Shown: positions 38,338 through 48,591 of the stretch, in pieces | How positions within the stretch are numbered: the first letter of the stretch is position 1 | How the letters are laid out: each line of letters begins with the position of its first letter | Source of the DNA: Marinoscillum sp. | GTDB lineage: Bacteria; Bacteroidota; Bacteroidia; Cytophagales; MED-G16 | NCBI GenBank assembly: GCA_038134805.1 | Contig: JAYPVV010000006.1 | Location: forward strand, 1,985-65,984 | Direction: 5' to 3' | Length of the DNA: 64,000 nucleotides | Translations under genes and position numbers: made by a program | The notes under the pieces: generated by a model | The model's database searches: none | What the model was told of the DNA's origin: nothing | What the model saw: only the letters and a program-made list of their open reading frames with translations

Positions 38338-39716
38338 TGCACGTAGAATCTAAAATAAGAAAGCCATTAATTACTGGAGGTAAAACCCTTAGTGATGTAT
38401 CTAATGATATTTCTGGTAGAGTAGAGGAAAAACCTTCTTTATCATGGTTTATTGCTCTTGGAATTTCTTCTGTTATTTTAGGAATTGGGGCATATGCTGT
38501 ATACAGGACTTTGTGGGATGGAATAGGGATGTGGGGACTAAATAAAACTGTTAACTGGGCTTGGGACATTACTAACTTTGTTTGGTGGGTAGGTATTGGT
38601 CATGCTGGAACTTTAATTTCTGCCATTCTTTTACTATTCAGGCAAAGGTGGAGAATGTCAATTAATAGATCAGCTGAAGCTATGACAATTTTTGCTGTAA
38701 TTTGTGCAGCTATGTTTCCTCTTCTTCATATGGGGAGATTATGGATAGGCTTGGTTTGGGTACTACCTCTACCTAATACATATGGATCGTTATGGGTTAA
38801 CTTTGCTAGCCCTTTATTATGGGATGTTTTTGCTATCTCTACCTATTTCTCAGTATCTCTTGTGTTTTGGTATATTGGTCTAATTCCTGATTTTGCTACC
38901 ATTAGAGATAGAGCTATTAAAGCAGGTAGAAAAATTTCAGCCTCAGTTTATGGTGCTCTTAGCTTTGGTTGGGATGGTGCTTCTAAAACTTGGTCTAGAT
39001 ATGAAACAGTTTCACTTGTATTAGCAGGTTTAGCTACTCCATTAGTTTTATCTGTTCATACAATTGTATCTATGGATTTTGCTACATCTGTTATACCTGG
39101 ATGGCACACTACAATTTTTCCACCATATTTTGTTGCTGGTGCAATTTTTTCTGGTTTTGCGATGGTTCTTACTTTGTTAATTATCACTAGAAAAGTTTAT
39201 AAGTTGGAAGATTACATCACCATAAAGCATCTCGAGTTAATGAATATTGTAATTATTGTTACTGGATCAATTGTTGGAATAGCATACTTAACAGAACTTT
39301 TTATGGCATGGTATTCTGGGGTAGAATATGAACAATATGCATTCTATAACAGAGTTACAGGTCCATACTGGTGGGCATATTGGTCTATGATGACATGTAA
39401 TGTTATATCTCCACAACTATTTTGGTTTAAAAAAATTAGAACTAACATAGCTGCAACATTTATTATCTCAATAATTGTAAATATAGGTATGTGGTTTGAG
39501 AGATTTGTCATTATAGTCACATCTCTTCACAGAGATTTTCTCCCATCTAGTTGGGCTATGTTTTATCCAACAATGTATGATGTTGGAATGTATCTGTTTT
39601 CTTTTGGGTTCTTTTTTACTGCTTATTTATTATTTTCAAAATATTTTCCAGTAATTAACATGGCTGAGGTAAAAAGTATCTTAAAACATACTGGTGAAAA
39701 AATTAAGACAAAATAA
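38337..39716 (+). CDS. actC: alternative complex III quinol-interacting membrane subunit ActC (NrfD/PsrC-like)
   Basis: 459-aa polytopic NrfD-family protein. A TAATG 1-nt overlap joins it to actB. Confidence 0.88.
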   Translation: MHVESKIRKPLITGGKTLSDVSNDISGRVEEKPSLSWFIALGISSVILGIGAYAVYRTLWDGIGMWGLNKTVNWAWDITNFVWWVGIGHAGTLISAILLLFRQRWRMSINRSAEAMTIFAVICAAMFPLLHMGRLWIGLVWVLPLPNTYGSLWVNFASPLLWDVFAISTYFSVSLVFWYIGLIPDFATIRDRAIKAGRKISASVYGALSFGWDGASKTWSRYETVSLVLAGLATPLVLSVHTIVSMDFATSVIPGWHTTIFPPYFVAGAIFSGFAMVLTLLIITRKVYKLEDYITIKHLELMNIVIIVTGSIVGIAYLTELFMAWYSGVEYEQYAFYNRVTGPYWWAYWSMMTCNVISPQLFWFKKIRTNIAATFIISIIVNIGMWFERFVIIVTSLHRDFLPSSWAMFYPTMYDVGMYLFSFGFFFTAYLLFSKYFPVINMAEVKSILKHTGEKIKTK

Positions 39717-40249
39717 TGAGTGATAAAAGTAAAAATTATTTGTTGGGTATTTTTGAAGATGAAGATGTATTACTCAATGCAATAACTAACATTAGAGATA
39801 ATGGCATTAAAATTCATGAGGTTTACTCTCCTTTCCCGGTACATGGTATTGAGTCTAGATTAGGGTATAAAAGATCAAGGTTGTCTATTGCTGCATTCTG
39901 TTTTGGTTTTTTAGGTACCTGTCTTGCTCTAACTATGATGATTGGAATGATGACAATAGACTGGCCTATGATAATTGGAGGTAAAGACTTTCTTCCTTTA
40001 CCCGTATTTATTCCTGTTACTTTTGAAATGACAGTATTACTTTCAGCTTTTGGAATGGTTGGTACTTTTTTAGTCATTTCTGATTTAAAGCCTTGGGGTA
40101 AGCCAAAAACATTTGATCTTAGATCTACGGATGATAAACATGTTATGGCAATTGATTTATCTAATAACTCAATTTCCAAAGACAAAATCACCAAACTTCT
40201 TAAAAGTTCTGGAGCATCTGAAACCAATGAAAAAACAATGAAATCATGA
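39716..40249 (+). CDS. actD: alternative complex III subunit ActD (DUF3341-like)
   Basis: 177 aa. N-terminal soluble part (LLGIFEDEDVLLNAI) plus two TM segments, in the ActD position, with a 1-nt overlap with actC. Confidence 0.78.
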   Translation: MSDKSKNYLLGIFEDEDVLLNAITNIRDNGIKIHEVYSPFPVHGIESRLGYKRSRLSIAAFCFGFLGTCLALTMMIGMMTIDWPMIIGGKDFLPLPVFIPVTFEMTVLLSAFGMVGTFLVISDLKPWGKPKTFDLRSTDDKHVMAIDLSNNSISKDKITKLLKSSGASETNEKTMKS

Positions 40250-40851
40250 AAAATATATTTTATAATTTATTGATTTTATCTATTCTTATCTCTTGTTCAG
40301 CTAAAGAAGATTATCCTGGAGTAGAATATGCTCCAAATATGTATCATTCTGTTCCTTACGAACCATTATCTCAAGTAAAAGATAAAGAGATAGGTAGTTG
40401 GCTAGATTCTAACCCTGATGATGGTCATGGAGAGTTTTATAACTCTAATCCTTACAACCCTTACGAAATGACCATGATTGAGCCTGTTGAAAATACAGTA
40501 AAAAGGGGTAAATATCTTCCTTACAGAATTCACAAAGATAGTTTAGAGTTGGCTGCAAAAATCAAAAATCCTATTGAAACAAGTGAAGAAGTATTAAAAG
40601 AAGCTAAAGCTCTATACGAGAGATATTGTATACATTGCCATGGAGATAAAGGAATGGGAGATGGCTTAGTAGGCAAAGTTTATAAAGGTGTTACAGCTTA
40701 TAATTCTAGAGCTGTTAAAGATAGACCAGAAGGCCATATTTTTCATGTAATAACGCATGGAAAAGGTAGAATGTGGGGACATGGATCTCAAATTTCTGTT
40801 GAGGATAGATGGAAAATAGTTAAATATGTTCAAACCCTTCAAAAACAATGA
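40246..40851 (+). CDS. actE: alternative complex III monohaem cytochrome c lipoprotein ActE
   Basis: 201 aa with a lipobox (LISC) and a single CIHCH haem motif followed by a distal Met region (GKGRMWGHG). Confidence 0.8.
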   Translation: MKNIFYNLLILSILISCSAKEDYPGVEYAPNMYHSVPYEPLSQVKDKEIGSWLDSNPDDGHGEFYNSNPYNPYEMTMIEPVENTVKRGKYLPYRIHKDSLELAAKIKNPIETSEEVLKEAKALYERYCIHCHGDKGMGDGLVGKVYKGVTAYNSRAVKDRPEGHIFHVITHGKGRMWGHGSQISVEDRWKIVKYVQTLQKQ

Positions 40852-42104
40852 ATATGGTAGAAAAATTTATTTTTAGTTCGGATGCTAAGAAAAACTTACT
40901 GTATCTTCTCTTAGGAGGACTGATCCTTTCATTATTAGGTGTATACATGTTAATGAACTCATCTCATGGACACGAGATTCAAGGTGTAGCAACTTCATCT
41001 CATACTGAATTTCATTGGTATCAGAGAGTATTTTCTAATTTATGGATAAATAATATTTACTTTTTTGGTATATCTATTTCTGCAATTTTTTTTGTTGCAA
41101 TTCAGTATGCAGCTCAAGCAGGTTGGTCTGCTGGGTTGATAAGAGTTCCTTTAGCAGTAGGAAGATGGATGCCAATAGGTGGAATATTGTTATTAGTAAC
41201 ATTTCTATTTACTAATCATGATATTTTTCATTGGACACATGAATATCTTTATGATGTAAATGATCCTAGATACGATTATATAATTGCTGGTAAACAAGCT
41301 TACCTTAACCTCCCATTTTATCTATCTCGAATGGTAATTTTTATTGGTATATGGTATTTTCTCTATACACTAATTATCAAGTATACAAAGAAAGAAGATA
41401 TTGAGGGCGGTGAATTACCTTGGAGAAAATTATTTACAATATCTGTTGTATTCGTTGTATTTTATGCCTTTTCTCAATCAGTTGCTGCTTGGGATTGGGT
41501 TCTATCAATTGATACACACTGGTTTAGTACTATGTTTGGTTGGTATGTTTTTGCTAGTTGGTGGGTTTCTGCTTTAGCATTTATTGCCTACTTAGTTGTA
41601 TTACTCAGAGATAATGGATATTTAACATTTATTAATCATAGCGTTCTTCATGATCTAGGAAAATTTGTTTTTGCCTTCAGTGTATTCTGGACTTATATAT
41701 GGTTTTCTCAATTTTTATTGATTTATTATGCTAATATTCCTGAAGAGACCATTTATTTTGTTGAAAGATTAGAAAGTGATATTTATTTTCCATTTTTTGT
41801 TGTTAATCTCATTTTAAATTTCTTTTTTCCTTTTCTGTTTTTAATGACAAGAGCAAGTAAGAGATATACTAGATTCTTAAAGATTGCTGCTCCAGTTGTC
41901 TTGTTTGGCCATTTTCTTGATTTTTACCTAATGATAACTCCTGGAGTTTTGAAAAGTAATGGTGGATTTGGTTTCTTAGAAATAGGAATATTAATGGTTT
42001 ACTTATCTGCATTTTTGTATGTTGTGCTTTCTGGATTAACGAAATTGCCTTTGGTTGCAAAAAATCATCCTATGTTAGAAGAAAGTTTACATCATGATAT
42101 TTAA
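40848..42104 (+). CDS. actF: alternative complex III membrane subunit ActF (NrfD-like paralogue)
   Basis: 418-aa polytopic protein in the ActF position. An ATGA overlap joins it to actE. Confidence 0.8.
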   Translation: MNMVEKFIFSSDAKKNLLYLLLGGLILSLLGVYMLMNSSHGHEIQGVATSSHTEFHWYQRVFSNLWINNIYFFGISISAIFFVAIQYAAQAGWSAGLIRVPLAVGRWMPIGGILLLVTFLFTNHDIFHWTHEYLYDVNDPRYDYIIAGKQAYLNLPFYLSRMVIFIGIWYFLYTLIIKYTKKEDIEGGELPWRKLFTISVVFVVFYAFSQSVAAWDWVLSIDTHWFSTMFGWYVFASWWVSALAFIAYLVVLLRDNGYLTFINHSVLHDLGKFVFAFSVFWTYIWFSQFLLIYYANIPEETIYFVERLESDIYFPFFVVNLILNFFFPFLFLMTRASKRYTRFLKIAAPVVLFGHFLDFYLMITPGVLKSNGGFGFLEIGILMVYLSAFLYVVLSGLTKLPLVAKNHPMLEESLHHDI

Positions 42105-42113
42105 TTTTACATT

Positions 42114-43139
42114 ATGAATATTTTTTTAGGATTAATTATTGTTTTATCGCTTATAGCTATTTTTTTATTTTTTAGATCATCAGAAATATTAAATATTACT
42201 AAAAAAAGAATTTCAACTTCTTTTGAAGATGAAAATAACAATTTTAATGCTCTTTCTGGAGTGATTTTTCTTATTATCTCTATCATTGGAATTCTATGGT
42301 ATTCTTACGATCAGTTTGATAATTACTTTTTACCTATGGCATCGGAGCATGCTCCTGAGATAGAAGTTCTTTTTTGGACAACAACTGCTATAACTTTTAC
42401 AGTATTTATTCTGACTCAAATAGTGATGTTCTATTTTGGTTATAAATATAGATTTAATCAGAAGAGAAAAGCTCAATTTTATCCTGATAATCATAAACTA
42501 GAAATTATTTGGACAGTTATTCCTGCAATTGTACTTGTTGGTCTAATTGGTTGGGGCCTAGTTAAATGGAATAAAATAATGGGTCCTCCTCCTGAAGATG
42601 CTGAAGTTATTGAGGTTGTAGGCTATCAGTTTGCTTGGGCTTCAAGATATCCTGGTCCTGATAATACCCTCGGAAGATCCAATTATAAACTAATAGATGT
42701 TGAAAATATTGTTGGAATTGATTTCTCTGATTCATCTTCATTAGATGATTTCATGCCTCGTGAAATATATATTCCTAAAGGTAAACCTGTAGTATTTAAA
42801 ATTAGAGCTAGAGATGTTATTCATAGTGTTTATTTACCATATATGAGATCTCAAATGAATGCTGTACCAGGAATGCCTACTCAAATGTGGTTTATTCCTT
42901 CTAAAACCACTGAGGAGATGAGACAAGAAACAGGCAATGAGAATTTTAACTATGAGATAGTATGTAATAAAATTTGTGGACGAGCTCATTTCTCCATGAA
43001 GCATACTGTTGTTGTAGTTGAAGAATGGGAATATATTAAATGGAAAAATTCTCAACAGTCTTGGATAGAAAAAAATCCAGACTATTATTCAAATTTTGTT
43101 AAAAACAATTCTACGGATGTTGCCGTACTAAATGATTAA
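42114..43139 (+). CDS. ctaC: cytochrome c oxidase subunit II (no fused cytochrome c domain)
   Basis: 341 aa with two N-terminal TM segments and a cupredoxin domain. CuA ligands are in VIHSVYLP and CNKICGRAHFSM. No CxxCH motif is present. Confidence 0.9.
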   Translation: MNIFLGLIIVLSLIAIFLFFRSSEILNITKKRISTSFEDENNNFNALSGVIFLIISIIGILWYSYDQFDNYFLPMASEHAPEIEVLFWTTTAITFTVFILTQIVMFYFGYKYRFNQKRKAQFYPDNHKLEIIWTVIPAIVLVGLIGWGLVKWNKIMGPPPEDAEVIEVVGYQFAWASRYPGPDNTLGRSNYKLIDVENIVGIDFSDSSSLDDFMPREIYIPKGKPVVFKIRARDVIHSVYLPYMRSQMNAVPGMPTQMWFIPSKTTEEMRQETGNENFNYEIVCNKICGRAHFSMKHTVVVVEEWEYIKWKNSQQSWIEKNPDYYSNFVKNNSTDVAVLND

Positions 43140-43141
43140 TT

Positions 43142-44980
43142 ATGGGTGTCTCTAAATCAATTACTAAAAAACCAGTTTTAAAATCTGAAGCTCATCATGA
43201 TCATAATCATGATCATAATCAGAGCTTCATTACTAAATATATTTTTAGTGAGGATCACAAAGTTATTGCAAAACAGTTTTTAATTTCAGGAATATTTTGG
43301 GCAATAATTGGAGGTGCATTGTCATCTTTATTTAGAATTCAACTTGGTTTTCCAGATTTAGATCTTACTGCACTTAGCCCTATAATCGGAAACTGGTTAA
43401 CACCCCAAGGAAAGATCGACCCTGAAGTATACTTAGCTCTTATTACTATGCATGGTACTATTATGGTGTTTTTTGTTTTAACTGCAGGTTTAAGTGGGAC
43501 TTTTAGTAATTTTTTAATTCCATTACAGGTAGGTGCTAGAGATATGGCTAGTGGTTTTTTAAATATGCTTTCTTATTGGTTTTTCTTTATTTCTAGTATC
43601 ATAATGTTTGCCTCAATTTTTACTGAAGGAGGACCAGCAAGTGGAGGATGGACAATTTATCCACCATTAAGTGCTTTGCCTCAGGCTGTTTCTGGATCTG
43701 GTTTAGGTATGACTTTGTGGTTAATATCCATGGCTTTTTTTATTGTATCTGCTTTACTTGGTGCATTAAATTATATAACTACTGTGATAAATTTGAGAAC
43801 AGAGGGAATGACTTTCTTTAGAATGCCACTTACTATTTGGGCTTTCTTTGTTACTGCAATTTTAGGAGTTCTTTCATTCCCAGTTCTGTTATCAGCTGTT
43901 CTTTTGTTGATAATGGATAGATCATTTGGGACGAGTTTTTATCTATCTGATATTTATATAGCTGGTGAGGCTTTATCTAACCAAGGGGGTAGTGCAATAT
44001 TATTTCAGCATCTTTTTTGGTTCTTAGGGCATCCTGAAGTTTATATAGTAATCTTACCTTCATTAGGTATAACTTCAGAGATAATTGCTACCTGCTCTAG
44101 AAAACCAATTTTTGGATATAGAGCAATGGTTTATTCTATTTTTGGTATAGGAGCATTATCATTTGTTGTTTGGGCTCATCATATGTTTATCTCTGGAATG
44201 AATCCTTTTCTTGGATCTGTTTTTACTATATTAACATTAATAATTGCGGTTCCTTCTGCAATTAAGGCATTTAATTATATCGCAACTTTATGGAGAGGCA
44301 ATATTATATTCACTCCTGCAATGTTATTTTCTATAGGTTTAGTTTCCTTCTTTATCTCAGGGGGGTTAACAGGCCTATTCTTGGGTAATTCAGTTGTAGA
44401 TATAAATCTTCATGACACATATTTTGTTGTAGCACATTTTCATATTGTTATGGGAAGTGCATCATTTTTTGGTTTATTTGCCGGTGTTTATCATTGGTTT
44501 CCTAAAATGTTTGGTAGAATGATGAATAATACTTTAGGTTATGTCCATTTTTGGGTTACATTTATTGGAGCATATTTAGTATTTTTCCCTTTACATTACA
44601 TTGGTATTGCAGGCTTTCCAAGAAGGTATTATTCTTTCACTAATTTTGAAACTGGAAGAATTGAATCTTTTATTGATCTAAATACATTTGTGAGCTTTGC
44701 AGCTATTTTAACATTTGCAGCTCAATTTTTATTTTTATTTAATTTCTTTTACTCTATGTATAGAGGAAGAAAAGCATCATCAAACCCTTGGAGATCTAAT
44801 ACCTTAGAGTGGACGACTCCTGTGGAACCAGGTCATGGTAACTGGCCAGGGGAAATTCCTAAAGTACATAGATGGCCGTACGACTATAGTAAGCCTAGAT
44901 CAAAAGATGACTTTATTCCTCAACATGTTCCTCTTTCTCAAACTAAAGAGTCAAATTTGCCAGAGGATGAAACTAGGTAA
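43142..44980 (+). CDS. ctaD: cytochrome c oxidase subunit I (haem-copper oxidase)
   Basis: 612 aa with canonical motifs (FWFLGHPEVYIVILP, VWAHHMF, HDTYFVVAHFH) and a His-rich N-terminal tail HHDHNHDHN. Confidence 0.97.
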   Translation: MGVSKSITKKPVLKSEAHHDHNHDHNQSFITKYIFSEDHKVIAKQFLISGIFWAIIGGALSSLFRIQLGFPDLDLTALSPIIGNWLTPQGKIDPEVYLALITMHGTIMVFFVLTAGLSGTFSNFLIPLQVGARDMASGFLNMLSYWFFFISSIIMFASIFTEGGPASGGWTIYPPLSALPQAVSGSGLGMTLWLISMAFFIVSALLGALNYITTVINLRTEGMTFFRMPLTIWAFFVTAILGVLSFPVLLSAVLLLIMDRSFGTSFYLSDIYIAGEALSNQGGSAILFQHLFWFLGHPEVYIVILPSLGITSEIIATCSRKPIFGYRAMVYSIFGIGALSFVVWAHHMFISGMNPFLGSVFTILTLIIAVPSAIKAFNYIATLWRGNIIFTPAMLFSIGLVSFFISGGLTGLFLGNSVVDINLHDTYFVVAHFHIVMGSASFFGLFAGVYHWFPKMFGRMMNNTLGYVHFWVTFIGAYLVFFPLHYIGIAGFPRRYYSFTNFETGRIESFIDLNTFVSFAAILTFAAQFLFLFNFFYSMYRGRKASSNPWRSNTLEWTTPVEPGHGNWPGEIPKVHRWPYDYSKPRSKDDFIPQHVPLSQTKESNLPEDETR

Positions 44981-44985
44981 ATCTA

Positions 44986-46035
44986 ATGTTTAGATTCTTA
45001 GGTTTTAGCTATAATAGTCTAACTAAAATAAGTATTTTTCTTCTTTATCTCCTTATTCTTGCAGGTGGAGTAGTGAGGTGTACAGGATCAGGAATGGGTT
45101 GTCCTGATTGGCCAAAATGTTTTGGTAGATATATACCACCTACGGAAGTTAATCAATTACCGGATGGATATAAGGACACCTTTGTAGAAGGAAGAATAAA
45201 GAAAAATAAAAAGTTATCTGAAGTCCTATCTGTTATAGGTATGAAAGATCTTTCAGATAAAATTTTAAATGATCCAGATATTAATAATACGGAGGATTTT
45301 AATCCTTTTAAGACTTGGACTGAGTATGTAAATAGATTAATTGGAGCCATAGTAGGATTATCATTATTCCTTATTTTTATTTCATCGATAAATTTTGTTC
45401 CTTTTAGTTTCAAATTATTTTCTCTCTCTCTTATTTCTTTAGTTCTCGTATTTTTTCAGGCATGGGTTGGTTCAATAGTTGTTTCTACAAATTTATTACC
45501 AGGCTTGATTACATTTCATGTAATAGTTGCGTTGGTAATTATTTGTAATGTTATACTTTGTTATTATTTATCATCTTCAATTGAAATAAATCATTTAAAA
45601 TCAAAATTACTATCATATATGATTTTAATTAGTTTGATACTTTTCTTTATTCAAATAGTTTTAGGAACCGAGGTAAGAGAAAACGTTGACTATTTTCTTA
45701 AATCATTTGGTTTTGAAAACAGATCTAATATTATTAATAGTTTAAATGAAAATTTTATTATTCATAGATCTTTTTCGTTGATCATATTATTATTTCAATC
45801 TCTAATAACAATTCTAGTTTTTATTAAATCAAAGCAAAATAAAGTTTATAAAACTTTATCATATTCAATGTTTTTTTTAGTGATTCTAGAAATTTTAGTT
45901 GGTGCAGGAATGGCATATTTTGATATACCTATAGTATTGCAGCCTATTCATCTAATCATAGCCTTTATGTTATTTGGATTACAGTTTTATATATTTTTAA
46001 TCAACTCAAATATTAAAAAGATAATTTCTATATGA
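44986..46035 (+). CDS. ctaA: haem A synthase (COX15/CtaA family)
   Basis: 349-aa polytopic protein with the N-terminal motif RCTGSGMGCPDWPKCFG, typical of CtaA/COX15. Confidence 0.85.
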   Translation: MFRFLGFSYNSLTKISIFLLYLLILAGGVVRCTGSGMGCPDWPKCFGRYIPPTEVNQLPDGYKDTFVEGRIKKNKKLSEVLSVIGMKDLSDKILNDPDINNTEDFNPFKTWTEYVNRLIGAIVGLSLFLIFISSINFVPFSFKLFSLSLISLVLVFFQAWVGSIVVSTNLLPGLITFHVIVALVIICNVILCYYLSSSIEINHLKSKLLSYMILISLILFFIQIVLGTEVRENVDYFLKSFGFENRSNIINSLNENFIIHRSFSLIILLFQSLITILVFIKSKQNKVYKTLSYSMFFLVILEILVGAGMAYFDIPIVLQPIHLIIAFMLFGLQFYIFLINSNIKKIISI

Positions 46036-46928
46036 TTCTTACTACCTCAAAAACTATATTTGCGCTTGAAAATTTTATGAGATATCTAAAAATTTTATTT
46101 GAGCTTTCAAAGTTTAGACTTTCATTTCTAGTCTCTTTTTCATCAGTAGTAGGTTATATACTTGCTTCTGATAATTTCAAAATAATAGAATTAATTATTC
46201 TAGGTTTTGCTGGGTATTTAGTTACAGCTTCCTCTGTTATAAATAATCAAATAATTGAAAAAAATTTAGATAAAAAAATGGAGAGAACAAAGAGCAGACC
46301 TCTTCCAACAAAAAGAATTTCTCAAAAAGAATCTTTTATTTTTTCTATTATTTTTATGTCTCTTGGTTTATTTACTCTATTATGGTTTTTTAATATTTAT
46401 TCGAGTATTCTAAGTTTAGTTTCTTTACTATTATATACTTTTGTTTATACTCCATTAAAAAAAGTAGGTCCTGTCGCTGTTTTTGTGGGTGCTATTCCAG
46501 GAGCACTCCCTCCATTAATTGGATGGGTAGCTTTCTCAGGATCTATCTCAGTTGAGGCAATTATAATTTTTAGTATTCAATTCATCTGGCAGTTTCCCCA
46601 TTTTTGGGCAATTGCTTGGATATATCATGATGATTATAAGAAGGTTGGTTTTAAGCTTTTACCAAGTAGAGGAGAAAAAAATTTCAATACAGCGTTAAAC
46701 ATTATGACATACACACTTTTTTTAATCCCACTCGGTCTTTTACCTACTATTTTTGGTATAACAGGAATAGTATCTGGATCAATTGCTGTAATTTGTGCCA
46801 TTCTTTTCTTAGCTCAAACATTTAAACTTTTTAAAGATTATTCAAGATCATCTGCATTAAAAATTATGTTCGGATCTTTTATTTATTTACCTATAGTTCA
46901 AATAAGTTATATTTTAGATAAAATTTAA
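46032..46928 (+). CDS. ctaB: protohaem IX farnesyltransferase (haem O synthase)
   Basis: 298-aa UbiA-family prenyltransferase with MERTKSRPLP and GAIPGALPPLIGW motifs. Confidence 0.92.
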   Translation: MILTTSKTIFALENFMRYLKILFELSKFRLSFLVSFSSVVGYILASDNFKIIELIILGFAGYLVTASSVINNQIIEKNLDKKMERTKSRPLPTKRISQKESFIFSIIFMSLGLFTLLWFFNIYSSILSLVSLLLYTFVYTPLKKVGPVAVFVGAIPGALPPLIGWVAFSGSISVEAIIIFSIQFIWQFPHFWAIAWIYHDDYKKVGFKLLPSRGEKNFNTALNIMTYTLFLIPLGLLPTIFGITGIVSGSIAVICAILFLAQTFKLFKDYSRSSALKIMFGSFIYLPIVQISYILDKI

Positions 46929-46932
46929 TATT

Positions 46933-47502
46933 ATGCCTCAAAGTTCAAATTCAAAAATTTTAAGAATGAATCCAAAAATATTTATTGTTTGGATTTTTAT
47001 GATATCTATTTCTATGGTATTTATATCGCTGATTAGTGCATACATAGTAAAAAAAGGTGAACCTGGTGGGTTTAATGTAGTGCTACCATCTATGTTTTAT
47101 TATTCTACTATTGTTGTTATTTTAAGTAGTGTATTCAAACAACTTTCTTATTTTGCTTCAAAAAAAGATAATATTAAGGGTCTTAAAAATTATCTATTAT
47201 TAAGTCTTATATCTGGAATTTCATTCTTGGTATTTCAATATTTAGGATGGATTCAGTTAGTAAATGGTGGAGTGTATTTTGTTGGTCATCCTGATGGATC
47301 ATTTATTTATATTTTAAGCGGTGTTCATGCTTTTCATCTTATCTCTGGTTTAATATTTATCATATATGTTTACAATAAATCAATAAAATTAGATATCCAC
47401 TCAAAAAATATGACTTTTGTAGAAATGTCAACAACTTACTGGCATTTTCTTGCAGGATTATGGATTTATTTATTTATTACTTTGTATTTTTATAATTTAT
47501 AA
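46933..47502 (+). CDS. cytochrome c oxidase subunit III-family protein (short paralogue)
   Basis: 189 aa with 5 TM segments. The C-terminal YWHFLAGLWIYLF resembles the subunit III YWHFVD motif. Confidence 0.72.
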   Translation: MPQSSNSKILRMNPKIFIVWIFMISISMVFISLISAYIVKKGEPGGFNVVLPSMFYYSTIVVILSSVFKQLSYFASKKDNIKGLKNYLLLSLISGISFLVFQYLGWIQLVNGGVYFVGHPDGSFIYILSGVHAFHLISGLIFIIYVYNKSIKLDIHSKNMTFVEMSTTYWHFLAGLWIYLFITLYFYNL

Positions 47503-47505
47503 AAA

Positions 47506-48252
47506 ATGGCTAATTCAGTATCATTATCTACATCTAATAAAGATTTATGGGCAGGAGGAACTGAGCCTTATAAGGCTAGTTACGGAAAGCTTATGATGTG
47601 GTTTTTTTTAATTTCGGATGCTTTTACATTCTCAGCTTTTCTTATTGCCTATGGTGTTATTAGATTTAAACATCCTGCATATGAAGGTAATCTATCGGAT
47701 TTCTCTTTTTCACAAAGCTATTGGCCAGTACCTGAAAAAGTTTTTGAGGCTTTTCCATTTTTTCACGGTGTAGAATTACCACTAGTTTTTGTTGGTTTAA
47801 TGACATTTATTTTAATATTAAGTAGTGTCACAATGGTATTAGCTGTTGAGGCTGGACACAGAATGGATAGACAGGGAGTTGAGAAGTGGATGATATGGAC
47901 TATAATAGGTGGTCTTACTTTTCTTGGTTGTCAGGCGTGGGAATGGAGTCATTTCATTCACGGTACTGATGCAGGATCTAGACTACTTGATGGATCTATT
48001 ATTTATGGAGCCAATCTTGAATTAAATCAGTATGGCCCTCCTGATTTTGCTGCATTTTTTTTCTTTATAACTGGATTTCACGGATTCCATGTATTTAGTG
48101 GAGTTGCATTAAACTTCTTAATCTTTTATCAAGCTACTGTTGGTATATTAGAGAGAAGAGGCCATTATGAGATGGTTGAAAAAGTTGGACTTTATTGGCA
48201 TTTTGTTGATTTAGTTTGGGTTTTTGTATTTACATTTTTTTACTTAGTATAA
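47506..48252 (+). CDS. ctaE: cytochrome c oxidase subunit III
   Basis: 248 aa with FFFITGFHGFHVFSGV and LYWHFVDLVWVFVFTFFYL, typical subunit III motifs. Confidence 0.88.
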   Translation: MANSVSLSTSNKDLWAGGTEPYKASYGKLMMWFFLISDAFTFSAFLIAYGVIRFKHPAYEGNLSDFSFSQSYWPVPEKVFEAFPFFHGVELPLVFVGLMTFILILSSVTMVLAVEAGHRMDRQGVEKWMIWTIIGGLTFLGCQAWEWSHFIHGTDAGSRLLDGSIIYGANLELNQYGPPDFAAFFFFITGFHGFHVFSGVALNFLIFYQATVGILERRGHYEMVEKVGLYWHFVDLVWVFVFTFFYLV

Positions 48253-48255
48253 GTT

Positions 48256-48591
48256 ATGATTGAACCTGAAGTTTCTAATATAAAACCAATTCCTGCCGAC
48301 AAATCAAAAATTTGGCAAATTTGGAAAGTTGCTTTAATACTTGGTGTAGTTACTGCGGCTGAATTTTTTGTTGCACTACAATTCCCTGAATCATGGAAAG
48401 ATTTTAAGTTATTTTTATTCATTGGGATGACTTTTATTAAAGCTGGGTACATTGTAATGGAGTTTATGCATCTTGGTCATGAGCAAAAATCTTTAATGTG
48501 GACTATCCTGCTACCAACGGCTTTCGTTATATGGCTAATTGGAGCTCTATTTATTCAGGCAGATGCTATTTATCAAGTCTTGTATAATTAA
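48256..48591 (+). CDS. prokaryotic cytochrome c oxidase subunit IV-family protein
   Basis: 111 aa with 3 TM segments. Carries the FIKAGYIVMEFMHLGHE motif of the bacterial subunit IV family, directly after subunit III. Confidence 0.65.
   Translation: MIEPEVSNIKPIPADKSKIWQIWKVALILGVVTAAEFFVALQFPESWKDFKLFLFIGMTFIKAGYIVMEFMHLGHEQKSLMWTILLPTAFVIWLIGALFIQADAIYQVLYN

Noticed and set aside
46933-48252. Two adjacent cytochrome oxidase subunit III-like genes; possible recent duplication or split gene.
   Set aside because: The two are highly diverged in length and sequence (189 vs 248 aa). As far as I recall this paired arrangement is normal in Bacteroidota aa3 loci, so it is not an anomaly.
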